DNA of 25,837 nt, from positions 1-25,837 of the forward strand of contig JAJHRB010000017.1 of assembly GCA_020833025.1 (NCBI GenBank), in the 5' to 3' direction. The stretch comes from Thermoproteaceae archaeon. GTDB taxonomy: Archaea > Thermoproteota > Thermoprotei > Thermoproteales > Thermoproteaceae. The notes beneath the pieces are model-generated. The model saw nothing but the letters and a program-made list of their open reading frames with translations, searched no databases and was not told where the DNA came from. The translations under genes were made by a program, and so were the position numbers. Below are positions 8,246 to 17,898 of this stretch, in pieces. The number at the start of each line of letters is the position of its first letter. Within the stretch, counting starts at the first letter, position 1.

Positions 8246-9703
8246 GTGGGCGGGCTCCGGGCGCCGGAGAGAGTCCGGCGCGTTTACATACTGACAATGG
8301 AGCTCGCGCCGTTTGTCAGAGTGGGCGGGCTGGGCGAGGCTGTCAAGCAGTATGCCGTGGGGCTCGCGCAGAGGGGATACGACGTGACAGTTCTCATGCC
8401 CAGCCACGGCAGACACCTAGACCCGCACCGCGGCTTTGACCTCTACCCGCTGGACTTCCGCGCGTGCGGGGAGAGGGTCGGCGTGGACGGCAGGCGCTAT
8501 CCTTACTGTCTCGGCGCCGAGATGGCGTGCTACAGAGGGGTTAAGGTGGTGATGTTCAAGGGCCTTGACTACAGCACCGGCTTTGTGTTTGACAGGTGGG
8601 AAGTCTACGAGTACGCAGAGGAGAAGGCGTCGCTGCTCGCCAGAGCGGCCGTTGCGTTTGCGGAGCGCTTCGGGCTTCCCGATCTCGTGCACGCAAACGA
8701 CTGGACGACGGCGCTTGCTGGAGTTGCGCTCAAGGACGTGGCAGAGAGGAGGGGCCTTGCCGTGCCCCTTGTCTTCACGGTGCACCTCTCGTGGAACTAC
8801 TCGTTCCCGTGGCACTACGCCGAGTGGTCCGGCCTCTCTGACAGGCCCCACCCGGTGTGGAGAGTGTGCTGCCATAAGCGCGAGTACTACAGCGCGGTGT
8901 GGGACGAGGGCAGGGGAAGCGTCGAGAGGTTCGGCTTATTAGAGGCGGACCTCGTCACGACCGTCAGCTACGGCTATCTCGAGGAGCTGCTGCGCAAGTA
9001 CGGCGAGTGGCTGCGCGAGAAGGCTTGCGTGGTCTACAACTCGACAGACTGGAGCGCGGATGACGTTAAAGAGGTGGCGGGCGTTGACGCGTGGCGCTTA
9101 GTGGAGGAGGTCATGAGGCTTGGAGCCGTGGGCCGTATCGAGAGGGGTGGCGCTCTCTTCCTCTCCGTCGGCAGGCTGGTGTACCAGAAGGGGCTCGACC
9201 TGGCGGTAAGAGCGCTCGACTATGCCCCGAGCGCTAGGTTGTTAATACTCGGAACGCCCTCTGGCGAGCGGGGCTACGAGGAGTACTTAAAAGGGCTTGT
9301 CGCCGAGCGGTGGGGCAGGGCCGCGCTGTCTCTAGCGCGGCTGCCGCAAAAGCTTTACAAGGCACTGCACTATGCCGCCAGGGCGCTCGTAATGCCCTCG
9401 CGGTGGGAGCCATTTGGTATTTCGGCTCTAGAGGCCATGGCGCTGGGGACTCCCGTCATAGCGGCGAAGACAGGCGGCCTTCCCGAGATCGTGGATCGCT
9501 ACGGCATTCTCGTCGAGCCCGAGGACGCGAGGAGGCTCGGGGAGGCCATGGAGGCCGTTGCCACCGGGCGCTACAAGCTGCCGGCGCGCGAGGAAATTGC
9601 AAAGTATGTGGATGGCAAGTTCAGGCTGGGACACACTGTAAGAATGCTCGAGCACTGTTACGAGAAAGCGAGAGTGTTTGCATTTTACAGGGCGGTGAGC
9701 TAG
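8246..9703 (+). CDS. glgA: Glycogen/starch synthase (GT-B glycosyltransferase)
   Basis: ELAPFVRVGGLG (KxGGL-type loop), HANDWTT, FTVH, GRLVYQKGLD, PSRWEPFGISALEAMALGTP, GGLPEIV. Start codon uncertain. Confidence 0.85.
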   Translation: MGGLRAPERVRRVYILTMELAPFVRVGGLGEAVKQYAVGLAQRGYDVTVLMPSHGRHLDPHRGFDLYPLDFRACGERVGVDGRRYPYCLGAEMACYRGVKVVMFKGLDYSTGFVFDRWEVYEYAEEKASLLARAAVAFAERFGLPDLVHANDWTTALAGVALKDVAERRGLAVPLVFTVHLSWNYSFPWHYAEWSGLSDRPHPVWRVCCHKREYYSAVWDEGRGSVERFGLLEADLVTTVSYGYLEELLRKYGEWLREKACVVYNSTDWSADDVKEVAGVDAWRLVEEVMRLGAVGRIERGGALFLSVGRLVYQKGLDLAVRALDYAPSARLLILGTPSGERGYEEYLKGLVAERWGRAALSLARLPQKLYKALHYAARALVMPSRWEPFGISALEAMALGTPVIAAKTGGLPEIVDRYGILVEPEDARRLGEAMEAVATGRYKLPAREEIAKYVDGKFRLGHTVRMLEHCYEKARVFAFYRAVS

Positions 9704-9775
9704 CTAGTATTACAGAGATGCTAGATAATACCTAAAAAATATCGGAAAAATTTAAAAAGAGGCGTACTTTACTCT

Positions 9776-11002
9776 ATGATCAGGGTAGCCATCATCCCGC
9801 TCGGGGGCGAGGCGACGAGGCTCAGGCCGCTCACTGTCGAGACCTCGAAGGCCATGATCCGCTTCCTAAACAGACCTCTCATAGAGCTTGCCATTCTCAA
9901 CCTGGCCCAGCAGGGGCTCGAGGAGGTGTACTTCGGCGTGCGCGGATACCATAACTACCGCGACGTTTACGACTACTTCAGGGAGGGAGAGTGGTTCGAG
10001 ACAAAGTACGGAAGGAAAATTAAGATAAAATACATGCCCAGAGTTGAAACGCGCGGGAACGCGGAGGCAGTGCTGGCGACTATGGAGTATTACAACATAG
10101 GAGAGCCCGTGCTAGTGGTACAAGGAGACAACATATTCAAGCTGGACGTGCAAGACATGTACAAGTTTCACGCATCGAGGAGGGCATTCATGACCATAGC
10201 GCTTGAGGAGGAGGTCGGCGAGTTAAGCGAATTCGGCGTCGCAGCTCTTGACGAGGACATGCGCATATTGAAGTTCGTGGAGAAGCCCAGGAGGAGAGAG
10301 GAGGCTCCCAGCAATCTTGTAAATACTGGCATTTATATATTATCGAAAGAGTTTCGTGACTTCTTCAAGGGAGATGTTGGCAAGAAGCTATACGCCGAGG
10401 GCATGATGGACTTCGGCAAGCACGTAATACCTGCGATTATAGAAAGCGGGCTACCGGTTTACGGCTACCTAAGTAGGGACTACTGGTTCGACGTAGGGAC
10501 CCCCCAGCGGTACTTGGAGGCTGTCAGGTTCCTGCTCAAGACCCTAACGCCGTATGAGCTTGATGCTGAGGAGGTAGCGCCCTCAATTTACGTACAGCGC
10601 GTTGAGCACGCGCACGATGAGAGAGAGTGGTACAGCATAAAGCAGAGAGTGAGACATGGCCGCGTCAAAGTGGAGGGGCCGGTGCTGATTGGGAAGTACG
10701 TTCAAATCGGAGACGAGACCTACATCCGGGAGTCTGTAATAGACAATTACGTGATAATAGGCGAGAGGTGCAGCATTGAGGAGTCGGTTGTAATGGACCG
10801 TTCAATTATCGGGAGGCGAGCCGTCATAAGGAGGTCCATTATCGGGCGTCACGTCTACATTGGCGATGACGCCGTCATTGAAGACTCTGTAGTGGCGGAT
10901 AATGTGGTAATCGGCGACAGTGCCGCGCTCCGGAGAGTTAAGGTGTGGCCACACAAAAAAGTTGAAAGCGGGGTGAAGCTAGAGCAGTTTATGCTGATCT
11001 AG
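9776..11002 (+). CDS. Sugar-phosphate nucleotidyltransferase with left-handed beta-helix (GlgC/Mpg1-like NDP-sugar synthase)
   Basis: GGEATRLRPLT, QGDNIF, FGVA, FVEKP, NTGIY, DFGKHVIP, WFDVGTP, then hexapeptide repeats. BRE-TATA GGAAAAA-TTTAAAAA at 9744-9758. Confidence 0.88.
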   Translation: MIRVAIIPLGGEATRLRPLTVETSKAMIRFLNRPLIELAILNLAQQGLEEVYFGVRGYHNYRDVYDYFREGEWFETKYGRKIKIKYMPRVETRGNAEAVLATMEYYNIGEPVLVVQGDNIFKLDVQDMYKFHASRRAFMTIALEEEVGELSEFGVAALDEDMRILKFVEKPRRREEAPSNLVNTGIYILSKEFRDFFKGDVGKKLYAEGMMDFGKHVIPAIIESGLPVYGYLSRDYWFDVGTPQRYLEAVRFLLKTLTPYELDAEEVAPSIYVQRVEHAHDEREWYSIKQRVRHGRVKVEGPVLIGKYVQIGDETYIRESVIDNYVIIGERCSIEESVVMDRSIIGRRAVIRRSIIGRHVYIGDDAVIEDSVVADNVVIGDSAALRRVKVWPHKKVESGVKLEQFMLI

Positions 11003-11807
11003 CGCAGCGGGTGATGTAATTCAGTATTGCGAGCACTATGAATATGGCCTCCTCGGTCCTCACGGTCTCCACGCCCTGCCCGGGAATGAAATTCACAAGC
11101 TCTCCCGGCATGCTGATCCCGGCCTCCCGGTAGATCTCATCAACGCCCTTGCGGGGGCTCCCGAAGACCAACAGAGTTCTCCTGCCCGGCTTGAGCTTGA
11201 TGTCGCAGACGCACCTCCCCTCCCTTCCCGTCAGAATCACGGTATCGAAGCCCTCTGTCAAGCTCTGAAGCGGCCTCACCTCAACGCCGAATCCCCAGTA
11301 GTCAGGCGGAGGGCCCCTGTAGACAGAGGCTCTGTAAGTGTCAGGCCTGCCCGTCGGCGCCTCGATACGGACCAGGAGGCGAGTGCCTATCGGGTACGGC
11401 TTTGGCACTTTGGCGTACTTGCCGCCGCCGATGTAAACCAGCGAGTAATAGCCGTCCCACCGCTCGACCATGCCCTCTCTGATCTCGCCTATTCTGGGCT
11501 CCGGCGGCACGACGTGGCTCGGAATTTTAAGTGGCTGCAGCAGCCCGGCCAGCTTGAGATTCCTGTCGAGCTTAAAGGCCCTTTTCCTCAGATAGGGCGG
11601 CGTGACGGCGTACTCGAGTAGCGCCTTCATGAGCTCTATGTCCTCCCTCAGAGGCGTCCCGTAGTAATAAATTATCACGCCCCCCACTCTGAAAATGGCC
11701 GCCGCTCTGGCCACGTAGCCTATCTTGCGCGCCTTGCTCGCCTCGTCGGGGGCTTCTACGAGCAGGTCGTGAGGTACCGCGATAGAGAGCTGTATTCTAT
11801 CTCTCAC
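10989..11807 (-). CDS. SPOUT-class RNA methyltransferase (DUF171/C9orf114-like)
   Basis: SIAVP, KIGYVARAAAIFRV, EYAVTPPYLRK, LKLAGLLQPL..PSH, and the C-terminal knot VFGSP..G...NFIPGQGVETVRTEEA. Confidence 0.85.
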   Translation of the reverse strand: MRDRIQLSIAVPHDLLVEAPDEASKARKIGYVARAAAIFRVGGVIIYYYGTPLREDIELMKALLEYAVTPPYLRKRAFKLDRNLKLAGLLQPLKIPSHVVPPEPRIGEIREGMVERWDGYYSLVYIGGGKYAKVPKPYPIGTRLLVRIEAPTGRPDTYRASVYRGPPPDYWGFGVEVRPLQSLTEGFDTVILTGREGRCVCDIKLKPGRRTLLVFGSPRKGVDEIYREAGISMPGELVNFIPGQGVETVRTEEAIFIVLAILNYITRCARSA

Positions 11808-11819
11808 AGATGCAGCGCA

Positions 11820-11942
11820 CTACTCCCTCTCCCTACCCCTCCTTCCCTTTCCTCTCTCCTTCCCCTCTTCCGTCTTGAGGCCCAGCTTCTTGGCCTCCTC
11901 CTCGGTAGTCATGAAGAGGGACGTCCTCTGGCGCCCGCCCAC
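11820..11942 (-). CDS. Unannotated 40-aa highly charged small protein
   Basis: GTG11942 to TAG11820 reads MGGRQRTSLFMTTEEEAKKLGLKTEEGKERGKGRRGRERE. TTTAAAA at 11971-11965 is 23-29 nt upstream. The ORF fills the gap between secY and the SPOUT gene. Confidence 0.65.
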   Translation of the reverse strand: MGGRQRTSLFMTTEEEAKKLGLKTEEGKERGKGRRGRERE

Positions 11943-11980
11943 GCCGTGTAGCTGGCTCGCCTCCTTTTAAACCTTGACCG

Positions 11981-13363
11981 CTAGGACACGAGCAGCCTCT
12001 TAAGGCCCGGGTATGCCTCGAGTAGCTGCTCGTGCGTGAATATAGCGTGGTACTGCAGAGCGATCTCAATAAGCAGTATGAGCCCGGCCCCGCCGCCCCA
12101 CACACCGAGTATGTTACCAAGCGCCGCTACACATCCCGCAATAAGGCCGCTCGTAATGGTCAGTGCATTTATCGGCCTCTCTAGAACCCTGGCGAGTATC
12201 CTCTCGCTCTGCCTGAACCCCGGAACTTGCAGCTGCGAGCGTGCAATTATCCTTGCCTGGCTCTCGGCCCCGAGGCCTGCGAGCTGCACCCAGATCCACG
12301 CAAAGACTGCCGCGAGCGATATGTAGAGCGCGCAGTGCAGCGCTATTGTTGCGGCATCTGCGAAGTACCTGTGCGGGAGGAATATCACATTAACTATTGC
12401 CGCGACGGCCGGGCTCGCCTCGTAGAGCGGGAGCAGAAGCTGGCCGATGAGCAGAAGCGAGTAAGTCGTGAAGATAATTGGAAGCACGGAAACGTAGACG
12501 AAGCGCAGAGGAATTGCGAACTTGATGCCGCCAAACCTAGCCGCCGACACCGGCACGTTCACCCTCATCATCTCAAGATAGAGCAGGATGTACGCGAGGA
12601 GCGCGGTTGAGAGCAGGCCAGCTATGTCGGGCAGGTAGATGGGGGACTGGCGCCCCTGCGGCGTTACCTGCCTGCTTATGAGCCCCGCCAGCGGCGAGGC
12701 ATCCCCGCGGGCGAAGAAGTCGTAGAGCGCAGCCCCTAGCGCTGGAAGGAGGCCCACGACGTGCGTCCTGCCGCCCGCGTCGACGACGACATCCCACGAG
12801 AAGAGGCTCAAGAATATCTGGCGGGAGACGCCGAGGAATATTATCAGGCTTATCGCGCTGCCTATGCCCCACCCCTTCGAGACAATATCGTCGAGCAACA
12901 GGATAATTAGCGTCGCGAGCACGAGCTGGAGCACTATCAAGAGCCCGGCAAGCGGCGAGACGGGGCCGAACTGGCCGCCCATCACATACGCCGCAGCCTC
13001 CACTGCGGCAACGCCAAGGGCCGTCCACTTGAGGAGGAGGGTGAACTTCAAGCGGTCTTCGCGCTTGTCTAGGTCGAGGTTCAGCGTGCCGGAGAACGCC
13101 AGAACCTCAAGCAGAATGCCGGCGATAACAATGGGGCCTATGCCCAGGTGGGCGAGCGTGCCGTAAGCCGTGCCAAAGATTATTGAGAGTAGCTGGTAGG
13201 CCGCGCCTCCCTCGTGTCTCGCGGCCGGGGAGGCCCCGTACAGCGGCGTAATTGTCATGAGAATGTAGACGGCCGCGACGACAGCTGTCCAGAGAATCCT
13301 ACGGGGGAGGGGGACCCTGCCCTGCGGCCTTGTTACCGTCGGCAGGAACGCTAAAAACTGCAT
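11981..13363 (-). CDS. secY: Preprotein translocase subunit SecY
   Basis: RILWT, LGIGPIVIAGILLEVL, GWGIGSAISLIIF, PLRFVYVSVLPIIF, QVPGFR, GGGAGLILL; about 10 transmembrane helices. Confidence 0.93.
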   Translation of the reverse strand: MQFLAFLPTVTRPQGRVPLPRRILWTAVVAAVYILMTITPLYGASPAARHEGGAAYQLLSIIFGTAYGTLAHLGIGPIVIAGILLEVLAFSGTLNLDLDKREDRLKFTLLLKWTALGVAAVEAAAYVMGGQFGPVSPLAGLLIVLQLVLATLIILLLDDIVSKGWGIGSAISLIIFLGVSRQIFLSLFSWDVVVDAGGRTHVVGLLPALGAALYDFFARGDASPLAGLISRQVTPQGRQSPIYLPDIAGLLSTALLAYILLYLEMMRVNVPVSAARFGGIKFAIPLRFVYVSVLPIIFTTYSLLLIGQLLLPLYEASPAVAAIVNVIFLPHRYFADAATIALHCALYISLAAVFAWIWVQLAGLGAESQARIIARSQLQVPGFRQSERILARVLERPINALTITSGLIAGCVAALGNILGVWGGGAGLILLIEIALQYHAIFTHEQLLEAYPGLKRLLVS

Positions 13364-13368
13364 TCGCG

Positions 13369-13839
13369 CTACCCGCTGGCTGTCGAGATTATTCTGACCT
13401 CGCCACCTGCCTTTGCTATCTTCTTGACGGCAAGCCTGCTGGCCGCGGGGACGTACACCACGACTGGCACGTCAATGTCACCCCCTCCCAGCAGCTTATT
13501 GTAGCCGAGCTCGGGCAGCTTCACGACGTACCTCCCGCCCTCCTCTACCACCTTGCCCTCCCGCTTCAGCTCGCTAACTATCTCGGCAAGCCTGCCGACG
13601 TTGATGGGCCTCCACTCGACCGACGCTGAAGGCGGCTGTTTGAAGCCGTGCTTGCCGTAGAACGGCCACCCGGTGCCGCTCTCGCCGTATTTCATTACCA
13701 GCGACCACTTGTGCTTGTGGAATCCTACCATCCCCTTACCGCCCGAGCTGCCGGCCTTCCTATGCTGCCCAACTCTGCCCCAGCCGTGAGTTCTGGTGCC
13801 GCGCCTGTACTTCCTGTACGGCTTGAAGCGCCTCACCAT
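13369..13839 (-). CDS. rpl15: 50S ribosomal protein uL15
   Basis: [21 protein letters not shown]...[37 protein letters not shown]. The true start is ATG13839 (TATA CTTAAAA at 13870-13864); it lies just upstream of secY. Confidence 0.93.
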   Translation of the reverse strand: MVRRFKPYRKYRRGTRTHGWGRVGQHRKAGSSGGKGMVGFHKHKWSLVMKYGESGTGWPFYGKHGFKQPPSASVEWRPINVGRLAEIVSELKREGKVVEEGGRYVVKLPELGYNKLLGGGDIDVPVVVYVPAASRLAVKKIAKAGGEVRIISTASG

Positions 13840-13883
13840 ACTCGGGCCAGCGCCCGCGTGCCGTTTTAAGTATTTGCAATGCC

Positions 13884-15206
13884 CTAGAGCTCTGCCGCTA
13901 CTATCTCGGCGACTCTCTCGGCGAATTCTTGCGTCCCCAGGACCTCTCTCACGCGCGTCTTTCTCTCCTCCTCGTCCATCTGCCTGACGAGGTCGGCGGT
14001 GAAGTAGCCCTCCCTGTATGCAGTCTCGACGCCCCTCACGATGAGGTCTGCAGCCTCCCTCCACCCGAGGAACCTAAGGAGGAGCGAGAGAGCCAGTATC
14101 GCCGCGGTCGGGTTGGCGTAGTTCTTGCCGCGATACTTCGGCGCCGTGCCGTGAACGGGCTCTGCCATCATGCCCCAGTCCCCCACGTCGAGCGCGGGCG
14201 CTACGCCGAGGCCCCCGATCAGGCCTGCCGCCTCGTCCGAGATGTAGTCGCCATTAAGGTTCGGCGCGATTATCACGTCATACTCGCCAGTTCTCGTTAG
14301 AAGCTGCTGGAGCATGTTGTCGGCTATCCTGTCATTCACCAGAACCTTTCCCGGCGGCACCCTGCCGCCGTGAGCGCCGAGCTCGCTCTCAAAAACCACG
14401 TGCTCGCGGAACTCGGTCCTGGCAACTTCAAACACCCACTCCCGGAACGCGCCCTCAGTGTACTTCTGGATGTTGCCCTTGTGCATTACCGTGACGACTC
14501 TCCTCTTGCTCTCCACGGCAAATCTGAGCGCGAGTCTGGCTAGTCTCTGCGTGCCGAACTTGCTTATGACCTTCACCCCAATTCCGGCGTCCTCCCTTAT
14601 GATCACGCCGAGCTCCCGCCTGAGGAACTCCCGGATTTTTGCCGCCTCGGGGCTGTCGTAGGGCCACTCTATGCCAGCGTAAACGTCCTCGGTGTTCTCC
14701 CGGAAGATTACCATGTCGACAAGCTCCGGCCTCTTCAGCGGAGACGGGAGGCCAGGGAGGTACTTCACAGGCCTTATGTTTGCGTACAGGTCAAAGAACT
14801 GGCGCAGGGCGACATTAAGGCTCCTGAAGCCCCCGCCGACAGGCGTTTCGAGCGGGCCCTTGAGGAACGCCCGCACCCTGCCGAGCACCTCCAGACTCTC
14901 TCGCGGGAGTCTCGCCCCGAGGGCTCTCTCGGCCCTCTCGCCGGCGAGCACCTCATACCAGATCACCCGCCTTGACTTGCCGTAAGCTCTCTCGATGGCG
15001 GCGTTGGCGACTTTAATCGCGGCGTAGACTACCTCCGGCCCGATGCCGTCGCCCTCGATGTAGCCTATCACCAGCCTGTCCGGCACCCTGAACTGGCCGG
15101 GGCCCGTGTAGGCAATGAAGTCTCCGTCCGGCGGGTCTGCATACTTGCCGGTAAACGGCACGAGATTCGGTATTCCCTGCTTGACGCGCTCTATGTCCAC
15201 CGTCAT
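13884..15206 (-). CDS. icd: Isocitrate dehydrogenase, probably NADP-dependent
   Basis: [60 protein letters not shown] (KY pair typical of NADP-type enzymes). Confidence 0.93.
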   Translation of the reverse strand: MTVDIERVKQGIPNLVPFTGKYADPPDGDFIAYTGPGQFRVPDRLVIGYIEGDGIGPEVVYAAIKVANAAIERAYGKSRRVIWYEVLAGERAERALGARLPRESLEVLGRVRAFLKGPLETPVGGGFRSLNVALRQFFDLYANIRPVKYLPGLPSPLKRPELVDMVIFRENTEDVYAGIEWPYDSPEAAKIREFLRRELGVIIREDAGIGVKVISKFGTQRLARLALRFAVESKRRVVTVMHKGNIQKYTEGAFREWVFEVARTEFREHVVFESELGAHGGRVPPGKVLVNDRIADNMLQQLLTRTGEYDVIIAPNLNGDYISDEAAGLIGGLGVAPALDVGDWGMMAEPVHGTAPKYRGKNYANPTAAILALSLLLRFLGWREAADLIVRGVETAYREGYFTADLVRQMDEEERKTRVREVLGTQEFAERVAEIVAAEL

Positions 15207-15225
15207 GCCGCCTGGCGCGCTGCAG

Positions 15226-15233
15226 CTTTTAAT
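15226..15233. promoter_or_regulatory. Single TATA-like element centred between divergent icd and DRG-like genes
   Basis: CTTTTAAT is the only AT-rich 8-mer in the 45-bp gap and lies about 20-27 nt from each start codon. Confidence 0.55.
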
Positions 15234-15251
15234 CGTGTCGCTATTTCCGTC

Positions 15252-16418
15252 GTGCCGGCAAATCTCCCGGCAGAGGCCAAGGCCGCGTGGCTTAGAGTAA
15301 TCGAGGCGAGGACCGTAGAGGACAAGATACGCGCAATGGAGGAATTCCTATCCAAGGTGCCAAGGCACAAGGGCACCGAGAAGCTCATCAGGTACGCAAG
15401 AAAGAGAGTCGCCGAGCTGAGGAGGGAGCTCCGCGAGAGGCGCGAGAAAGAGAGAGCGCTGCGCCGCGGCGGCTCCCGCGTGTATGTGGCCAAGGACGGC
15501 GACTTGCAAGTGGTTGTCGTCGGGCCGCCGAGCTCTGGCAAGACGGCACTGCTGCGCTGTCTCACAAACACGACGCTGCAGCCGGACGACCTGCCGTTCT
15601 CCACCGTTGAGCCAGTCCCCTCAATGTTTATTGAAGGTGGAGTGTACGTGCAGCTAGTCAAGGCGCCGAGTATCGTGCCCGGCGGCGAGAGCGATTTCAA
15701 CAATATTGCGCTTGCGCTCGCAAGAAATGCAGATGCCGTGCTCTTGGTGCTGAGCGCCGGGAGCCCGCCGGAGCTCGTCAGGGAAGTGCTTGAGCTGTTC
15801 GAGGAGGGGGGCGTATGCCTGTACCCGCTGCGCAATTATGTGAGGGTCGAGAGGAGGGGCGGCGGGGGGATTCAGATCGTGGGCCCCGGCCGTATAGTTG
15901 ACGGCACGTTGAGCGACGTCGTCAGGATGCTGAGGGAGTATGGCATATACCACGCAACGGTCCGCATCAGCGGAAGTGTGACGCTAAGCGATATTGAGGA
16001 GTCGCTCTATATCGAGCGGCAGTACAAGCCGGCCCTCGTGGTGCTCACGATGGGCGATCTCTACACGCCGGGCGAGGACTTACTGAAACGCATGTCGGAG
16101 CTTGGCCTTCCGCACTACGTGACAGACTTGAGGCGCTGCGCGATCGACAGAGGGAGGCTTCTGGAGGGGCTGCTTCGTGTAACCGATAGGATTAGGGTGT
16201 TCACAAAGCCTGTACACTCCAAGACTTACATCAGCAAGCCGCTGGTGGTTAAGGCGGGGACCACTGCCGGGGACGTGGCCGCCATGATTCACTCCTCTCT
16301 GGCCAAGACGTTCAAGTACGCGATTGTGTGGAGGCGTGAGACTTATCCCCTGCACCCGAAGCGCGTCGGGCGCGACTACGCGCTGTCCGACGATGATGTG
16401 ATCGAGATCCACGCATAG
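15252..16418 (+). CDS. DRG/OBG-family GTP-binding-like protein with TGS domain; G3/G4 motifs degenerate
   Basis: MPANLP..AK...KVPRHKGTEKL N-terminus, G1 GPPSSGKT, G2 PFST, ARNAD, TGS domain IRVFTKP...GTTAGDVAAMIH...FKYA..W...VGRDY.L.DDDVIEIH. Confidence 0.85.
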   Translation: MPANLPAEAKAAWLRVIEARTVEDKIRAMEEFLSKVPRHKGTEKLIRYARKRVAELRRELRERREKERALRRGGSRVYVAKDGDLQVVVVGPPSSGKTALLRCLTNTTLQPDDLPFSTVEPVPSMFIEGGVYVQLVKAPSIVPGGESDFNNIALALARNADAVLLVLSAGSPPELVREVLELFEEGGVCLYPLRNYVRVERRGGGGIQIVGPGRIVDGTLSDVVRMLREYGIYHATVRISGSVTLSDIEESLYIERQYKPALVVLTMGDLYTPGEDLLKRMSELGLPHYVTDLRRCAIDRGRLLEGLLRVTDRIRVFTKPVHSKTYISKPLVVKAGTTAGDVAAMIHSSLAKTFKYAIVWRRETYPLHPKRVGRDYALSDDDVIEIHA

Positions 16419-16428
16419 CGTCCGTGCA

Positions 16429-16884
16429 ATGAGCTGCGAAGAGCTCAAGCGGGCTGTGGAGAGAGTGCTCGAGAGAATTGACGAGATGGAGGTCCTCCTA
16501 AATGCAATACTGGACGAGCTCAGGGAGCTGAGGTCGGGCGCGAGAGCGGAAGCCGGCGCGCGCGCGCCCGGCTCCCTGATCGGCGAGCTGAGAGAGAAGT
16601 TGTTCCTCCCCGTCTCTGAGGTCAGGTCAAAGGGCGCGCTTAAGCGCGCCCTCGAGCGCGGCCTCCTCGTGGTGTTACGCGACGAGGGCGCTAACAGAGA
16701 AGTTGCAGTGCTCAAGGAGGCCGCGAGGAGGCTTCTGAGCCGGCTGCCAATGTCTGCCGAGGACGCTGAGCGGTTGAGCGAGCGAGAGTACGAGCTGCTC
16801 CAGATATTAAACAGGCTTGGCTACGTGCTACTGAGGGGGGGCCAGTATGTAAAAACGAGCCTCGCTGAGGAGTTCTACACGTGA
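16429..16884 (+). CDS. Hypothetical protein (N-terminal coiled coil, possible winged-helix repeats)
   Basis: 151-aa ORF with normal composition; its stop overlaps the rfcS start (GTGA). Confidence 0.7.
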   Translation: MSCEELKRAVERVLERIDEMEVLLNAILDELRELRSGARAEAGARAPGSLIGELREKLFLPVSEVRSKGALKRALERGLLVVLRDEGANREVAVLKEAARRLLSRLPMSAEDAERLSEREYELLQILNRLGYVLLRGGQYVKTSLAEEFYT

Positions 16885-17858
16885 CCTCAGAGCTCTTCTG
16901 GTTCGAGAAGTACAGGCCGAGGTCTCTCGACGAGGTGGCAGACCTGGAGGAGGTCAAGGCGAGGCTGAGGGAGCTCGTGAGGTCGGGCAGCGTGCCCCAC
17001 CTGCTCTTCTACGGCCCGCCCGGCACTGGCAAGACGACAGTCGCGCTTGCCCTCGCGAGGGAGCTCTACGGCAGTATGTGGAGGGAGTGCGCGCTGGAGC
17101 TGAACGCCAGCGACGAGAGGGGGATAAACGTGATAAGGGAGAGGGTCAAGGAGTTCGCCAGGACTGCGCCGCCTGGCGGCGCGCCGTTCAAGCTCGTCAT
17201 TCTCGACGAGGCGGACAACATGACCGGAGACGCGCAGCAGGCACTGAGGAGGATAATGGAAATGTACGCCCAGAACGCGAGGTTCGTGCTGCTGGCGAAC
17301 TACCTGAGCGGGATAATAGAGCCCATACAATCTCGCACTGTCATGATACGCTTCAACCCGCTGCCTAAGGACGCCGTAGTGTCTAGGCTGAGGTACATAG
17401 CGCAGTGCGAGGGGCTCAGAGTGACGGACGAGGCGCTTGACGCCATTTACGAATTCACGCAAGGAGACATGAGGCGCGCCATAAGCGCCCTACAAATTGC
17501 AGCAACAATAAGCAAAGAGGTCACGGACGAGGTCGTCGCGAGAGCCCTCGGGATGATAAGCCCGAGACTGATCAGAGACGCCCTGAGAGAGGCAATTTAC
17601 GGCAGCTTCTCAAAGACCGCGACGCAGCTCTACGGATTTGTGGTTGACGGCGGGATTGGCGAGCTCGAGCTGATAAAACAGCTCCACCGCGAGGTCCTCA
17701 AGCTAGACGTTCCTGAGTACTTAAAACCAGAGCTCGCCTTTATTATAGCCGAGGCCCACTACGCCACGCTCCGGGGGGCTAGGGGACTCGTCCAGATACT
17801 CGGCGCGTTGGCCAAGGTGAGGAGGATTGTAACGGCGGCGCAACAGAGCAAAAAATAA
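16881..17858 (+). CDS. rfcS: Replication factor C small subunit
   Basis: [60 protein letters not shown]. No intein. Confidence 0.95.
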   Translation: MTSELFWFEKYRPRSLDEVADLEEVKARLRELVRSGSVPHLLFYGPPGTGKTTVALALARELYGSMWRECALELNASDERGINVIRERVKEFARTAPPGGAPFKLVILDEADNMTGDAQQALRRIMEMYAQNARFVLLANYLSGIIEPIQSRTVMIRFNPLPKDAVVSRLRYIAQCEGLRVTDEALDAIYEFTQGDMRRAISALQIAATISKEVTDEVVARALGMISPRLIRDALREAIYGSFSKTATQLYGFVVDGGIGELELIKQLHREVLKLDVPEYLKPELAFIIAEAHYATLRGARGLVQILGALAKVRRIVTAAQQSKK

Positions 17859-17860
17859 CG

Positions 17861-17892
17861 GAGAAAACCTTTTAAACTGTGAAACTTAAAAA
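17861..17892 (+). promoter_or_regulatory. Tandem BRE-TATA elements upstream of tfb
   Basis: GAGAAAACC-TTTTAAA (17861-17876) and GTGAAA-CTTAAAAA (17879-17892). Confidence 0.6.
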
Positions 17893-17898
17893 GCTGTC

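Noticed and set aside
11823-11870. Pyrimidine-rich simple-sequence tract
   Set aside because: It is the reverse complement of the E/K/R/G codons of the 40-aa ORF, not a repeat element.
13840-14064. N-terminal extension of the uL15 ORF in the track
   Set aside because: Overlaps the 3' end of icd in another frame; uL15 homology and a TATA box place the start at 13839.
15203-16715. Minus-strand ORFs of 210 and 211 aa, and similar long antisense ORFs over ppsA, icd, rfcS and tes
   Set aside because: Shadow frames of well-supported genes in GC-rich DNA.
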